DNA from: Octopus vulgaris
Lineage: Eukaryota
Reading direction: 5' to 3'
DNA: 64,000 nt
Assembly: GCA_951406725.2 (NCBI GenBank)
Contig: OX597828.1
Location: 14,756,001 to 14,820,000, forward strand
The notes beneath the pieces are model-generated. The model ran no database searches and was not told where the DNA came from. It worked only from the letters and a program-made list of their open reading frames with translations. The stretch's first letter is position 1, and every line of letters begins with the position of its first letter. Made by a program: the position numbers and the translations under genes. Positions 1 to 13,578 of this stretch are shown piece after piece.

Positions 1-72
1 TTCTGTCTTAGTAATTAGTTAAGAATCAGCAGTAATTAGTTTAGAATTAGGTCTACGAAGGAACTTCTACAT

Positions 73-322
73 CAGTGGTTCTCAACCAGGGTTCATATGG
101 TGCTTGGGAGTCCATATAAGATTTTGTTAAAATTTTATCTGCAATAAATTACTTATACGTCTACAATACACAAAAAATTTTTTTTTATACAATTCCTAAT
201 AATATTTAATTATAAAAGTACAGTAGGATTTTTTTTTTAAATACACTGAATGATTATTAAGGTCCAATAGAGTAAAATAAGAAACAAAGGGGTCCATAAG
301 TAAAAAATGGCTGAGTAACCTG
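73..322. mobile_element. hAT/Charlie-like MITE (decayed)
   Basis: Left end cagtggttctcaacc, decayed right end ggctgagtaacctg. Reverse-orientation relative at about 52564-52822. Confidence 0.6.
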
Positions 323-807
323 CAAGAAATAGAAGTCAAATCTTCAAGTTGCAGTCTACTATCTTTGAAAAAAAAAAAAAAAAAAAAAAACATGGAAAGA
401 CAACATTAGATAATGCAGTCCATGGCATACTATATTGAAAATAGAATTCTGGATGGTCATTACTGGAACAGCTTTGATCACAGGACTGATCCATTCAGAA
501 GTGACCTGGAGCTAAAGAACAACCACAAATAATTTACTTTACTCTAGACCAATGGGTTTCCAAAACCAATGTGTCAACACCTCCAGGGATAGCTAAAATT
601 CACTTCAGGAGCAACTAGGAAATCAAATTAAACTCCACCTGCCTTTGAATAACAACAATACAAAAGATTTAAAGAGAACAGCTGTCCGAATTGTCAGGTA
701 ACCACAGATGGTGCTGAACTCACAAAAGATTATGTACAGAACACTGCTATAGATTGAACAAAATAACTTTTTGGATGGTGATGGAAAGAAATTTAAAGAG
801 TAAAAAC

Positions 808-1115
808 CTCCTTTGGTCATGAATGACCAGAAAGTTACCCTCTGAGGTACAAATCTAGGCAAAGTTGCTTGTGGAAGACCAGTAATCGCACATGCATACC
901 AGTCACCTCTCTCCACACCACTGATGTTATCCAAGGGAAAGGCAAAGGCCGATACAGCTTGGCACCAGTGACGTCGCAACTCATTTCTACAGTTGAGTGA
1001 AATGGAGCAACGTGAAAAAAGCATCTTGCTCAAATACACAACACAAGCTCTGTCTGGAAATTGAACCCACTACCTCATGATTGTGAGCCCAACACTCTAA
1101 CCACTGAGTTAGACA
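808..1115 (-). mobile_element. tRNA-derived SINE family C
   Basis: Minus strand ctcagtggttagag A box, gggttcaattt B box, ttgagcaagatgc core. Relatives near 1630-1920, 35000-35295, 54605-54845 and 60695-60975. Confidence 0.8.
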
Positions 1116-3188
1116 TCTAAATGTGACTACTAATTGATGCGAATAAAAATCAAATATGTTAAATCTTTAAACTTGTTTACTGCATATATAGTATAAAATT
1201 TCTCAAGTATGAATATCTTGAGTTGATAAATCCCACCTTCAGAGATTGGCCTTTTTGGAACCCTAAACAAATGACATTGTTGTTCACAAATGCAGTGCAG
1301 CACCCATGACTTTCAAAAACAATTTTCCATTCCCAGAATAGTTCAGGTATGGAATTATCTACTTGTGGTGGTTGGTTGATGTCAGGACACTGCATCCTTT
1401 GAAAATTCCAAGCTTCCTAAAATTCAAGAACACTTCTCCTGATATGCCTATATACCATTTTCTCTTTATGGCTCTTGTACTGTCCATTTCCCTAGCTTGT
1501 TCTGTTTTGTGTCATAGACTTCTGACTTTCCTTGCTGTATTTCTTTGACTCATTGTTGCCTTCTGCCCCTCCCCCCACACACTTTAGTCATCTCTGATAA
1601 CTTGTAGAGCACTATATATAATAATGGACTCTCCAGTTGAAGATTTCGTATGAGCATTAGGCTTTTGCCGAACGACCTGCACAAATGATTTGTTTCTAGT
1701 GATCAAATATATGTGATGTACATTAGCTCGTTCTCTCTATCAAATCAACATTGCTTGAACAGGTGCTCGGTGTACCATGCATCAGGTGTTGAAGTGATTG
1801 CAGAACAATGCAAGATAAATTATTTTGCTCAAGAGACAATGCACCACCCGGTCTAGGAACTGAAACCACAATCTTGCAATCATAAGCGCAACAGCCTAAC
1901 CACTAGACCATGTGCCCTCACTATATACAATAAGCTCATTATTTTTAGTAAAAAGCACTGGTGCTGGTACCATGCAATAAGTACCCAGTACACTCTGCAA
2001 AGTGGTTGAGGTTAGAATATCCAGTTGTAGAAAGCAAGTCACAACAGATTATAGCACCTGGTGTGGCCCCTGGTCTAGCCAGCTCCTGTCAAACTGTCCA
2101 ACCCACACCAGCTTGGAAAACAGACATTAAATAAGTAAGCTGCCAGAATTGTAGTGCCCTGCATTTTGGTTCTTAGGTTTTGTCCTAATCGTTACTTTTT
2201 ATCTTAAGTTTATCTAGATATCACCCTATTATCCCACCAGTTCTATTCTACCAATTGTGTGACATTTTTTTTTTCCATCCAATATGCATAATTTTTTAGT
2301 AATTTCCATGCTTCCCACATTCTTTGATATCATTATTATTATTATTATTATGTGAATATTTTATAACAATAATAATGATCCTTTTGATTAAAGGCACAAG
2401 GCCTTAAATTTTGAGGAAGGGACTAGGCTATTACATCAATCTCACATTTGGTTCATTTCTAAGATCATGTTTTCACCTAAGATCTGTTTTCACCATAAGA
2501 TCTGAAACTATTTTAGAAACTAGAATGAGGCAAATAGTGGGTATGTAAGGTCAAGGGAGTATAAAGTGCTGGTTAAATCTTAAGTTTATCTATATATTTT
2601 GTGTGGTGGGCAGTAGGAGAAATATGTTGGCCAGAGGAAGAGTATCAATGTCTTTCAACATTGATTTGCTCAGTCAGGGATGACCTGTAGATAAAAGAAA
2701 CATATCCTAGTGATTGATGATCTTGACTTCTGTATCAACTAATTAACAATCCAATTGTTAAGCATGGTTTGTTTGTTTTCGGTTTTTTCTTATTTATTTT
2801 TTTCGTCTCAAAAACAAGTTTTCCATCTGCTATAGCACACTTTAACAGCATGTCTATATCAACACAATTCAGGGCCTCTACATGGTTGCTTAACCTGTCA
2901 GAAGCAACACCCAAATACTTCCCAAAATTGTCCTACTGTCTTAAAAATATGTAGTTCAAAGAATTTGTTTTTGCTTATTTTTACATTTTATTCAACTCAA
3001 AATATTAAAAACATACTAATAAAAATGTCTTGAATATCCCAATCAAATAACATAAGTCTGAAAACATTAGAAAGATGTATAAAGTATGAATGTTTATGTG
3101 TCACAGTTGAAACAGTGCCGAACCATGCGTAAAGAGAACAGAAAGCAAGGATGTTATGCAGGACACAAGCAGCATCGGAAAAACTTAC

Positions 3189-3254
3189 GTTTTAAATTAT
3201 CCATCGTAGAATCCATCATTTCATTTATATATAAATCAGATTGTAGTAATTTTT
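3189..3254 (-). CDS. SLMAP: SLMAP exon (last found): (K)KLLQSDLYINEMMDSTMDNLK
   Basis: 66 nt, tttgttcatgcag/gtaagt, phase 1-1, open frame. Confidence 0.82.
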
Positions 3255-3801
3255 CTGCATGAACAAATAAAGACGTACTATTTAGTGCAGAAACAACAAT
3301 ACTTCAAGCATAGAAATAAAGGGGGAGGGAAAAAAAAAAGGATGGAACACAATACTGACAACAAATAACAATCATGCAACATTTAACAGAGCTTATTTGT
3401 GTGTGTGTGTGTGTGTGTGTGTGTATAGGTAAGAATTTGCTTCCAAATCCCATAGTTTCAGGTAGAATCCCACTGTATGGCACTATGGTCAAGTGTCTTC
3501 TACTATAACCCAGGCCAGCCAAAGCCTTGTGAGTGATTTATTAGATGGAAAATAAAAAAAACATCACATGCATATATATATATGGTAATACACTGAGTCA
3601 CATTAACAAAAGGATGTGGGTTCAAGTCCTACATGGATAGAAAAGCCTACTTTTTTCTGTCGAGGGCTTATATGCCCCATTATTAGACTATTTTTCTTAG
3701 TCATTGCACGGTGATCGCTATAATCTTTAGTCTTGTATAAATACCATTATTATCATTTACAGGATTGTAAAACCTGGTGCCATATAACAAAACCATTTGC
3801 A

Positions 3802-3842
<41 letters not shown>

Positions 3843-4756
3843 GTCTGTTTTTATGCTCAATAATAACAGAAACAATTTTATATTAATCTGATGGGTTACT
3901 CTAAACTTCTGTAGAGTACAAAAGTATTATATTTATACAAAGAATGTTGTTAGTAGGGACTTCGAAGTTTTGGCCAGCTAAGCCATTTTTGAACTGTCAA
4001 AACTTCGAATCTACTGTCAAGAATATTCTTGTATAATAACAAATTTGTGTGTGCGTGTTGGTGACCACCTGACTCGACATTATGTCATAGTTTCTAAAAA
4101 TGAGTGTTACCATCAAACAAATAATGTCCTTCGTTTCCAATCGTCTACAGAAACAGGTGTGGCCATGGATTGGGGGATGGGATTTACTTCGCTTATAAAC
4201 ATTTGAGGGCTGGCGCCAGGAAAAGTCTGCCTCAACAAATTCCATCTACTCAATATACCCAATGGAAAAGTGAACGTTAGACAACAATGGTGTGTGTGTG
4301 TGCGTGTATGCACATACGTATACATACATAGGCAAGATTAAAAGACAATGACAAAGTGAGAATATTGAAATATAGACAGAAACTAGATTTTGATAGAGTG
4401 AAGCAATAAAAAGATAAATAAAGGTTTGCAAGTATGTTGTTAAATAAAGACATCAAATAATTTATTTAGCAGTGACGACGACGACAACAACAACAACAAT
4501 GATGATAAGCTGCTGAGCGTGCCATTATTACATTAGCGTGAAATTTTAAGATAAAATCTGCACATTTCAAGTGTTTCGATATGATTTAGACGTTTGAGAT
4601 GATGTTGCACGAACGAGGAAATCTCGTAACAGTCAAAAGATAAATGACCTCTCTGAAATTAACCAGTTGCTTCCCTTTACAGAAAAGTTGGGCAGCATTA
4701 GACACAAACACTAAATACAATGACTTATGTCTGGTAAGTTCTAAGTTCTATCTATC

Positions 4757-5157
4757 GATAGCTTGTTTGGTAGCTTGTTTACCAACCACATGGTTCCGGG
4801 TTCAGTCCCACTGCGCGGCACCTTGGGCAAGTGTCTTCTGCTATAGCCTCGGGCCGACCAAAGCCTTGTGAGTGGATTTGGTAGACGAAAACTGAAAGAA
4901 GCCCGTCGTATATATGTATATTTATGTGTGTGCGTGTATGTTTGTGTGTCTGTGTTTGTCCCCCTAGCATTGTTTGACAACCGATGCTGGTGTGTTTATG
5001 TCCCTGTCACTTAGCGGTTTGGCAAAAGAGACTGATAGAATAAGTACTGGGCTTACAAAGAATAAGTCCCGGGGTCGAGTTGCTCGACTAAAGGCGGTGC
5101 TCCAGCATGGCCGCAGTCAACTGACTGAAACAAGTAAAAGAGTAAAAGAGAGAGTAA
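4757..5157 (+). mobile_element. tRNA-derived SINE family A (young, CpG-retaining copy)
   Basis: B-box-like ggttcagtcc, gcaccttgggcaagtgtctt core, internal (TG)n, tail aacaagtaaaagagt. Roughly 20 copies in the window on both strands. Confidence 0.85.
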
Positions 5158-6077
5158 CTAAATACTAATAGCTTTATATTAATTCTGCCAAAGCTGTTCG
5201 TTCTTTATTCTTTTATTTCAGTTTTTTTTAGAGTATGGCCATGCTGGAACATCATATCCAAAGAATTTTGATCAATTATAATGACTTCAATAGTGAAGGT
5301 ATTCTTAACATAATTCAGCATAGTATTCTTGTTTGATACACCAATTTACACATCTTTCTAAATTCTCACGCACACAATAAAACACAGGAAACGTGTATGA
5401 TAGTTTATGCATAATAAAGCATACATGCATTTTGGCAAATTCTTGCAAGAATTACATAATTGAGACATTATATAATCTATGTTAAATCACCTCTTCAAAG
5501 CTTAGCAAAAAATACCATATATATATATATAATGTTATATACACACATACTCATAACACAACTGTACTCCACAGTTGTGGATATATTTCACTCCAAAACA
5601 TTAGTCAACCTATGTCTTTTTTTTTGTTTTCTTTGCAGCATATATATGTGAAATTGTGTGTAGTATAAAAGATAATAGCCACACAAGGAGAAAAAAAAAA
5701 ACTAAGCAAGCCATCAAATAAAATAGCAAAAAAAAGTTGCTTTTTCTTTTTGAATAAAATTGGCTTTGAACAGATAAATTCTAAAAGAGTAGCATAAAGT
5801 AAAAATGTAGGGAAGATGTTAAGTAGATAATTATGGACACTTCATTAAAGACCCGTGAAAAAAAAAAAATGAAAAAAAGATTTTAGAAATTAAATATGAA
5901 TATGAATATGAATATGAACTAGGAAAAAAAAAACATATTTGAAATGAAATTTGTGCAGAAATCAAGTGAGATGTGCAGTGATATTTGTTATGCAACAACA
6001 TACTTCTAGAATTCTATCATTTGGAGAAATAATTCACAACATGTCTGATACAATAGCAAAGAGAATTTAAAACTTAC

Positions 6078-6140
6078 TTTCTAAGGCAGCAATTTCTAAT
6101 AAGTATTTGTTACAATCCCTGTTAGCTTGGTCTAGATCAG
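6078..6140 (-). CDS. SLMAP: SLMAP exon: (S)DLDQANRDCNKYLLEIAALE
   Basis: 63 nt, ttgtcttcag/gtaagt, phase 1-1, heptad pattern. Confidence 0.87.
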
Positions 6141-6856
6141 CTGAAGACAAATGGAAAAATGAATAAAATATAATACCAATAGCCAGAGAGATATATCAAT
6201 TGTATGAGAGAAAGGGTGAGGGTGAGAGAACACTAAATACACAGAATTCGTAATAGTACAAAAACAATTAGAACCTAGAAAAATCAAAGATACTTTTACA
6301 GACTAACAAAATAAATGGAATAAAATTTATATAAAATAGATAATTGATTCAAAACTTACTTCAGCAACCTAAACCAACTGTATGTTTTATATTGCCGCCA
6401 CCTCAATAAGCATTTTTGTTCACGAGCCAACAATGCCACTTGTAGGTGGTCACTCAACTTTCTAGAAATAGCAGTCCCCAGAAATATATATCCCTCAAAT
6501 CACAGCCCAGTTTTCAAGAAAGGAAGGATACTATAATACTATACACTATCATAATAGTCTTAGATACAAAATCAATGGGATGGTCATGGTTAGAATGCCC
6601 ACTAATGAAATATTGGTTTAATAAAGTTGGAGTTAAACACTAATGATTTAATCAATAATATACACTCTACTTACATATATTACAGATAAAAAGTTACAAA
6701 TGAATAAAACAAATTATTTCAAAGCTAAATTTGACTTAAAAAGTATATATATATATTTTTACATCCCTAGTATAAAATTCACCAACCCCTACTCGTGCCA
6801 ACCACAAGAACGCCTGTAAAAGAATCAATAAAATACTTCGATTACGTTCTACTTAC

Positions 6857-6919
6857 ATTGAATTTTATCTACTTCCTGTTGGCTACTTTTCACTTTAGAT
6901 TCGAGCTCTTCAATTTTGG
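6857..6919 (-). CDS. SLMAP: SLMAP exon: (A)KIEELESKVKSSQQEVDKIQ
   Basis: 63 nt, ttgttctgtag/gtaagt, phase 1-1, clear heptad pattern. Confidence 0.87.
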
Positions 6920-7514
6920 CTACAGAACAAGAAATATAGAAAAACTTCAGAAAAATCATTAAACAAAAAAAACAAATTGAATTTTAACTATAATATAATT
7001 ACACCTCTTTATATTGCTATACCTAGGTTTATTGAAAAAAAAAAAAAAAAACATCAACAGATATTATTATATCCATAAATATATAGCATAAATGATTGCA
7101 GGGACCCAGTCTTCTATACCAAGATGATGGTGCTGGTGATGATGATGGTGGTGGCGGTTGTTTTGTTCATAATGATTTTTGGTACAGGCAAAGAGCCAAT
7201 AATTTTGTGAAGGGTAAATTCAATTATATTGAACTACGGTTTTATATACCACAAAAGGACAAAAGAAAATGTTCTCAAAGATTTAAACTGAGAACTTAAC
7301 AAAATGTTACTAAATACTTCAAAATCGATTTTATTATCTGCCAGGCATGGCTGTGTGGTTGAGAAGCTTACTTCCCAATCATATGGTTTTGGGTTCAGTT
7401 CTACTGCATAGCACCTTGGTCAAGTGTCTTCTACTATAGCCTTAAGCTAGCCAGTGCCTTGTGAGTGAATTTGGCAGACAGACACTGTGTGTGTGTGATG
7501 TGTGTGTGTGTGCA

Positions 7515-7547
<33 letters not shown>

Positions 7548-7859
7548 ATGCATGTGCGTGCCCTCGCTTAGACATCAATGGTGGTTGTAAGTGAGAATGT
7601 CATTAATTTCCAGTCATCCATGAAAAACATGACAGGTGATGGGAAACATTCCCTTGGTTGGAAACAGGTAAGGACTGGAGACAGGAAGGACATCTGACAG
7701 AAGAAAATCTACCTCAAGAAATTCTGCAAGACCCATGCAAGCATGAAAAAGTGGACGTTAAATAATGATGATGATGATCACCATTACTGAAAAACAGCAG
7801 CAACCACAGTCGTGCATAGATGTAGACATGACTATGTGATTTTAAGAAATGGGGCTAGA

Positions 7860-8070
7860 TCAGTCAAACTTTATGGAGACCTGCAAGCAGCATTGCAAGA
7901 GAAGTGTTATACTGGCAGACTGAAGGAAAGAGGAAAGTAGGATGACTTAAACAGACCTGGAAAGGATGTATGGAAGATGAAGCGAGAGTAATTGGTCTTT
8001 CGTGGTCTGAAATCAAGGAGGTAACCCAAGATCATGCCCAATGGCAAGAAATGCTCCTGATGGGGGTAAT
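7860..8070 (+). mobile_element. Possible very decayed RTE-like LINE remnant
   Basis: Translates as WQTEGKRKVG*LKQTWKGCMEDE, resembling the RTE C-terminal W-x-P-x-G-K-R-x-x-G-R-P-K-x-T-W motif. Confidence 0.45.
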
Positions 8071-10120
8071 GTAGACTAACAATATCTAATGCATGGTATC
8101 TTGGTCATGTGACCTCTACAGCCTTAGTTCAAACAATACCTTGCAAGTGAATTTGGTCTATGGAAAATAGTAAACCCATGTGTGAGAGACAGACAAATAG
8201 AGAATGTTATTATCTCACATTGGTTGGTGTTAGGAAGGGCATCCAGCTGTAGAAACACTGCCAGATCAGACAGGAGCCTGGTGCAGCCTCCTGGCTTCCC
8301 AGACCCCGGTCGAACCATTCCAACCCATGCTAGCATGGAAAACGGACGTTAAATGATGATGATGATGATCATCATCATCATCATGGAGTACAATGGTGGT
8401 GGTGTTGACATTTCTTTGTGAATTTTACAATCAGATACTCTTTTTTTTTTTGAGGACCCATGAAACAAAAAAAACCTCCTTATTTGAAAAGCAGGCAAGG
8501 GTTGGCAACATGAGTACCTGATTGTAAAATCCTGCCTCAAAATAATTTCCCAATCAAGCCCTGCAGTATAGATAAGCAGACATGAATGAACAGATGAATG
8601 AACAACTAATAACAACATTAATAATAAAAATAGTTATAGTCCTAACGATGTTATATAGTCACATATTTGGGAAAGAGGAACAATCAACTAAACCATCTTG
8701 ATTGTTGCCAAATATCATCAGTTCTGGAAGGAAGAAAAGCAAAGTTGACTGCAGCAAGATCTCAACTTGGAACTTAAACAAGACCTCCATAAGTACCCTT
8801 ATGTCATTTATCTAGATTCAGCCATCCACTGCAGTAATGATGGTGATGATCATGACAATGATAATGATAATGGTGCTAATGATAATGTATTTCATTTTAA
8901 TTAAATGTTCACAATTCTAATCTAACAGTTCAGTAACACAATTACAATTATCATCACTCAGTTATAAATGGATTTAAAACCAACAAGATTCTCTAGAAGT
9001 AATTAAATTACTTTACACACAGAAACAATTAGTAAAACTTGAAACATTAACGAAAAATTGTCTCCCCAGGGATTTATTAAAAAAGAAAATACAAAAAACA
9101 AAATCTGCAAGTAAAGGAGAATGGAGTAAAGGAGAATGGTGAGCTATAATTCATACTTTTTAGGTTTATTAAATATCTTTCATGTTTTGGGATTTTAGGG
9201 GAAGTGTGTGTGTGTGTGTGTTTGTATACATAGATATATGTTCTTTTATTATTTTACTGGTTTCAATCACTGGACTGAGGCCATCTTGGAGCACTGCTTT
9301 GAAGGATTTGACCAAACAAAACAACCCCCATTTTTATTTTTAAGTCTGGTGCTTATTCTATCAGTCTCTTTTGGCTAAATCATTAAGCTACAAGGGATGT
9401 AAACAAACCAACACCAGTTGTCAAGTGGTCTGCCCGCCTCTCGCAATCTCTCTCTCTCCCATACTCAAATGGGTGCCTAGATAGTTTCTATCTCCAATAT
9501 TCATGCGCAAAGCATTGGTCAACCTAAAGACACAGTATAAGATGCCAGTCCAAGGAGGAATGCTGTGAGATTGAACCTGAAGCCACATAGTTGCAAGGCA
9601 AACTCCTTAACCATATAGCCATGCCTTCTGACACGTACTGGGCAAATCTGAGGCATTTAAACACAGGACCCATCAAAAAACTTGTATAAAACAGAAAAAG
9701 CACAAATAATTATCATGGTGGAATGGCAGAACTGTAGTGTCAGGAGAAAATGCATTGTGGTATTTCTTCTAACTCCTTACATCCCGAGTTCAAATCTCAA
9801 AGTCAGCTTTGCCTTTCATCCCTCTGGAGTCAATAAAATACAGTACAAATTTTGTACTGGAAATACCTGAAAATTACTGGCCTTATATCTAAATCAGAAA
9901 TCACTATTAGAGTTATTAAGGGTGTTAGATAGCCAAATCAAAGAAGCTTCAGACAAGTTATAATATTTTGTATTTGAATTCAAATGTTGCTGGAGGTAAA
10001 CAGCTTTCTGTCCTTCTAAATTAATCAAGCTAGTGTCACAAATAAGCTAGATTCGATCAACTGTTTTTTCCCATAAAGAATTAGCAGAGAGAAAAGAAAA
10101 AAAGGAACATATTTATTTAC

Positions 10121-10162
10121 CTTTATAATTAATAATTAGTTGTTGTGTATCTTGTAATTTTT
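10121..10162 (-). CDS. SLMAP: SLMAP exon: (E)KLQDTQQLIINYK
   Basis: 42 nt, strong pyrimidine tract plus cag, AG/gtaaat donor, phase 1-1. Confidence 0.75.
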
Positions 10163-11024
10163 CTGAATCAGAAGAAAAATAAAAAATTTGAATGGGGTAA
10201 AAATATAAAAATTTACACAATACAAAAACAAAAAAAATGTATAATTGCAGTCAACAGCAGGTATTTGAGTTTTTCTTAAGCAATTTTGATTTTATTTTAG
10301 TTATTATCATAGCTGACATTGTTGTCATCACCATCATCACGGAATCATCCTAGATGTCATTAGACTTTTCAGTTTTTTTTTTCCCCCATGGTGGCAGGAA
10401 TAGTAAAGGACTATTTGAAGCAGTTTTATGGATATATGTCCTTCCTGACACCTACTCATTTAGTCACCTCTTCCTACATGCAGGGATCTGGTGTGCCCCA
10501 TCTAAAAATCAAGGTACTGAAGGTCATCCAGTTGTAAAAACTCTGCTCAAAAAGGAAGAAGCACAGAGGAAAAGTGTGGATCCCTTGTGACATGAATGCA
10601 GGTTATGTACCCTCTCATAAATTAAAAAAAAATTAATATAACATCTTAGCTAGATAATGGACACCACCATTTGTCTATCAGCTTGTGCTTAGATGAGCAA
10701 GTCCAGGGTTTTGATTCATGGACAGAGTGGTGTGTGATGCTCTTGAGCAAAACATTTCCATTTATGCTATTCTACAATCAGTTCAACATTTGATGAGTGA
10801 CACACCATGCACCTGTACAGGTAATGTCGATTTGAACACGAGAGAGAGTTAATGTACAGCACAATCATCTGATCACTATAATAAAATCTGTGCAACTTGT
10901 TCAGCAAGAAGTTGTGCAACCCTCATCTGTTGTTTACAACAGGAGGGTCCACTGTATATGTCAGGATAGGAATGTATCCTTTTAATCAGTTTTATTAATC
11001 AACTTGAGAAAGAAATAATTCTAC

Positions 11025-11087
11025 CTTGTAAGTCTTCAGATTCTTGATCCATTTTACTGATGGGAATAATTTCAACATTTTGTTCAC
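11025..11087 (-). CDS. SLMAP: SLMAP exon: (G)EQNVEIIPISKMDQESEDLQ
   Basis: 63 nt, tttctcacttcag/gtagaa, phase 1-1, open frame. Confidence 0.78.
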
Positions 11088-11849
11088 CTGAAGTGAGAAA
11101 AATAACTTTATATAATTCAGAAATATAAACTTATATTCAAACCATTCTTGTAATGAATCGTTTTAAATTATCACCACATTTTATCTGAGTCAACACGAGA
11201 CGGCCTCTGTGTGTGTGTGTTTGTGTATACCACTAATCACAGTTCATAATCAGAAACAGTATGAATACAATGGGCAAAATAATGAACTAATGCATGTAGG
11301 GTATACTCTGGGTACAGTTTTAAACTGCATCCAGTGGTGGAGCTTTGGTACAGAAGTTCCAAGGTGTTGAGGAATGTTGATCTGCTATAAATAGCACAGT
11401 AAACAAATCTCCCTCATATCACAATCTACTGAGGAATCTCTCTTATTGACTAAAGTTAATATAGAGTACTACAGGCTCAAGGCAGAGAGTGAAAGAGAGA
11501 GAGAGAGAGAGAGATGCAGGTACTTTATTGCAGATATGTGAGCAGTACTCTAATGTAAGATGCACTTCTAGAAGCTCAACATCAATTCAAATCCTGAGCA
11601 TCGTTAGCCTCCAAACGGAACCCCAGCTTTTAAAATGCAAAACTGACCATTCCCTTAAACTTATGTCATTTAAATGTAAAAACAAATTTTACGAGAAATG
11701 GATAACTCTATACTGTTTTTATTGAAAAGCATTACAATTGATATTATTATGTACAGGGTCTGCTAGATAACCATATCTGCTATACAAACTATAACTAATA
11801 CTAATAACAAGCTTAAGATTACCATACTAAGCACAGTCTTTAATAAAAA

Positions 11850-12143
11850 CTAGCAGTATCGCCCGGCGTTGCTCGGATTTGTAAGGGAAATAACTATATA
11901 TGCATTTTTAGAGAGTTACTTCCCTTATATGATAGCAAAATAAATGCATTAAAAATGGGAAAAAATGATGGCAAATTTTTTTTTTAAATCGTAGACTCAC
12001 GCTAATACCCAGAAGGGCTCAATATGAATCATGACTATAAGATACCCGCTTTTGGTTAAACTGCACCACAAAGTGTGGGAGTAGTTAGGAATCTAAATCG
12101 TAGGAGACAGACACTCACACAACTTCACTTTTATATATAAAGA
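11850..12143 (-). mobile_element. Non-autonomous Helitron
   Basis: Minus strand starts TC and ends CTAG, has a GC-rich subterminal hairpin (plus strand ccggcgttgctcgg) about 10 nt from the 3' end, and sits between host A and T with no TSD. Confidence 0.8.
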
Positions 12144-12719
12144 TAAGTTTACCAATGATTTTCTGTGCTGATATATAACAACAAAATTAAATAATTGAAA
12201 ATAGCTTTTTATTTTGATACATACCTAATTTATTTTTGTCTATGATATTTGTTGAATCATCTGCAAAAAAAGCAAAACAATATTCATTTCATTAAATAAT
12301 TTGAAAGAAAATATCTTTATGAGAGTTAAGCATTAAAATAATTTAGAATCCATCCATGACACCCATGCTGGTGACATGTAAGAAACACCCAGCATACGCT
12401 GTAAAATGGTTGACATTAGGAAGGACATCCGGCCATAGAAACCAAACTAAAACGGACGTCTGGAGCCAGGTGCAGCTTTCCAGCTTACCAACACCAGTGA
12501 AATTGTCTAACATATGCCGGCATGGAAAACGGATGTTAAACGATGATGATGATCCATATAGTCAGCATTCTATGCAAATGTTTTCAAAATCAGCCCAAGT
12601 GAGCTCCATAACATGTTGGGAGTATAAAAGTATCACTTTAAGTCTGTGCTTCCACATGGTATTATCTAGGGAAGCAAAACAAACTCTGAAACCCATTTCG
12701 GAAGAACTGTTATTTAATA

Positions 12720-13146
12720 CTGATTTTAGATTTTGGTTCAAGGCCAGTAATTTCAGGGGAGGAGTAAGTCAATTAAATTGACCCCAGTATCCAAATGGTA
12801 CTTATTTTATCAAGCTCAGAAAGTTGAAAGGCAAAGTCAACCTCAGTGGAATTTGAACTCGGAACGTAAAGACAGACAAAATGCTTAGCAGCATTTTGTC
12901 TAGCACGCTAACATTTCTTATTTATTGCCCACAAGGGGCTAAACATAGAGGGGACGAACAAGGACAGACAAAAGGATTAAGTCGATTATATCGACCTCAG
13001 TGCGTAACTGGTACTTAATTTACCGGCCCCGAAAGGATGAAAGGCAAAGTCGACCACGGCGGAATTTGAACTCAGAATGTAACAGCAGAAGAAATACCAC
13101 TAAGCATTTCGCCTGGCGTGCTAACGATTCTGCCAGTTTGTTACCT
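12720..13146 (-). mobile_element. Two tandem SINE family B units
   Basis: Core occurs at about 12820-12870 and 13030-13080. Confidence 0.8.
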
Positions 13147-13524
13147 TAAACTGATATTCAGTATTGAAACCTAGTTTTAACCCCTAAAACATGAACCTCA
13201 CAATTGCAAGTTAATGAAACATAATGTCAATTATATAAGTGATGCCACAGCTTAAAGTTGTAATCTGCAATCTACACAGTTGGATAGGCTTTTTAAGAGA
13301 TATGAACACAGTGCAGTGCTATAATTGGTCCTTTAGTTGGTACAATGACATCATATTAACTAAACCAACTACAAATCTCAAAATAAACAAAATGGTCAAC
13401 TGCAGCATTTTTTTCTTTTTCTTTTTCATGATGTCAAAATTTCTAAAAGTCTTAATTACACTTCATTTCATTCCGCAGGGTTATCGTAATTAGTTAAATT
13501 TAACAAAGCAAACTTTTCACTTAC

Positions 13525-13578
13525 CATCATTTGAAATTATTTTATCTACTTCACCTTCTTTGATATTTTCCCATTTTG
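13525..13578 (-). CDS. SLMAP: SLMAP exon: (T)KWENIKEGEVDKIISND
   Basis: 54 nt, ttttcag/gtaagt, phase 1-1, open frame. Supported by splice signals and phase rather than recognisable homology. Confidence 0.8.

Noticed and set aside
320-362. Exon-like segment on the minus strand after a poly-T tract ((H)SRLQLEDLTSISC)
   Set aside because: Part of a dispersed repeat (ctagaaatagcagccaaat family, also near 2890, 6470 and 25750), weak donor, no SLMAP resemblance.
6360-6377. gtaagt donor preceded by a 9- or 18-nt potential microexon
   Set aside because: Poor pyrimidine tract and an in-frame TGA in phase 1; likely chance, though a poison exon cannot be excluded.
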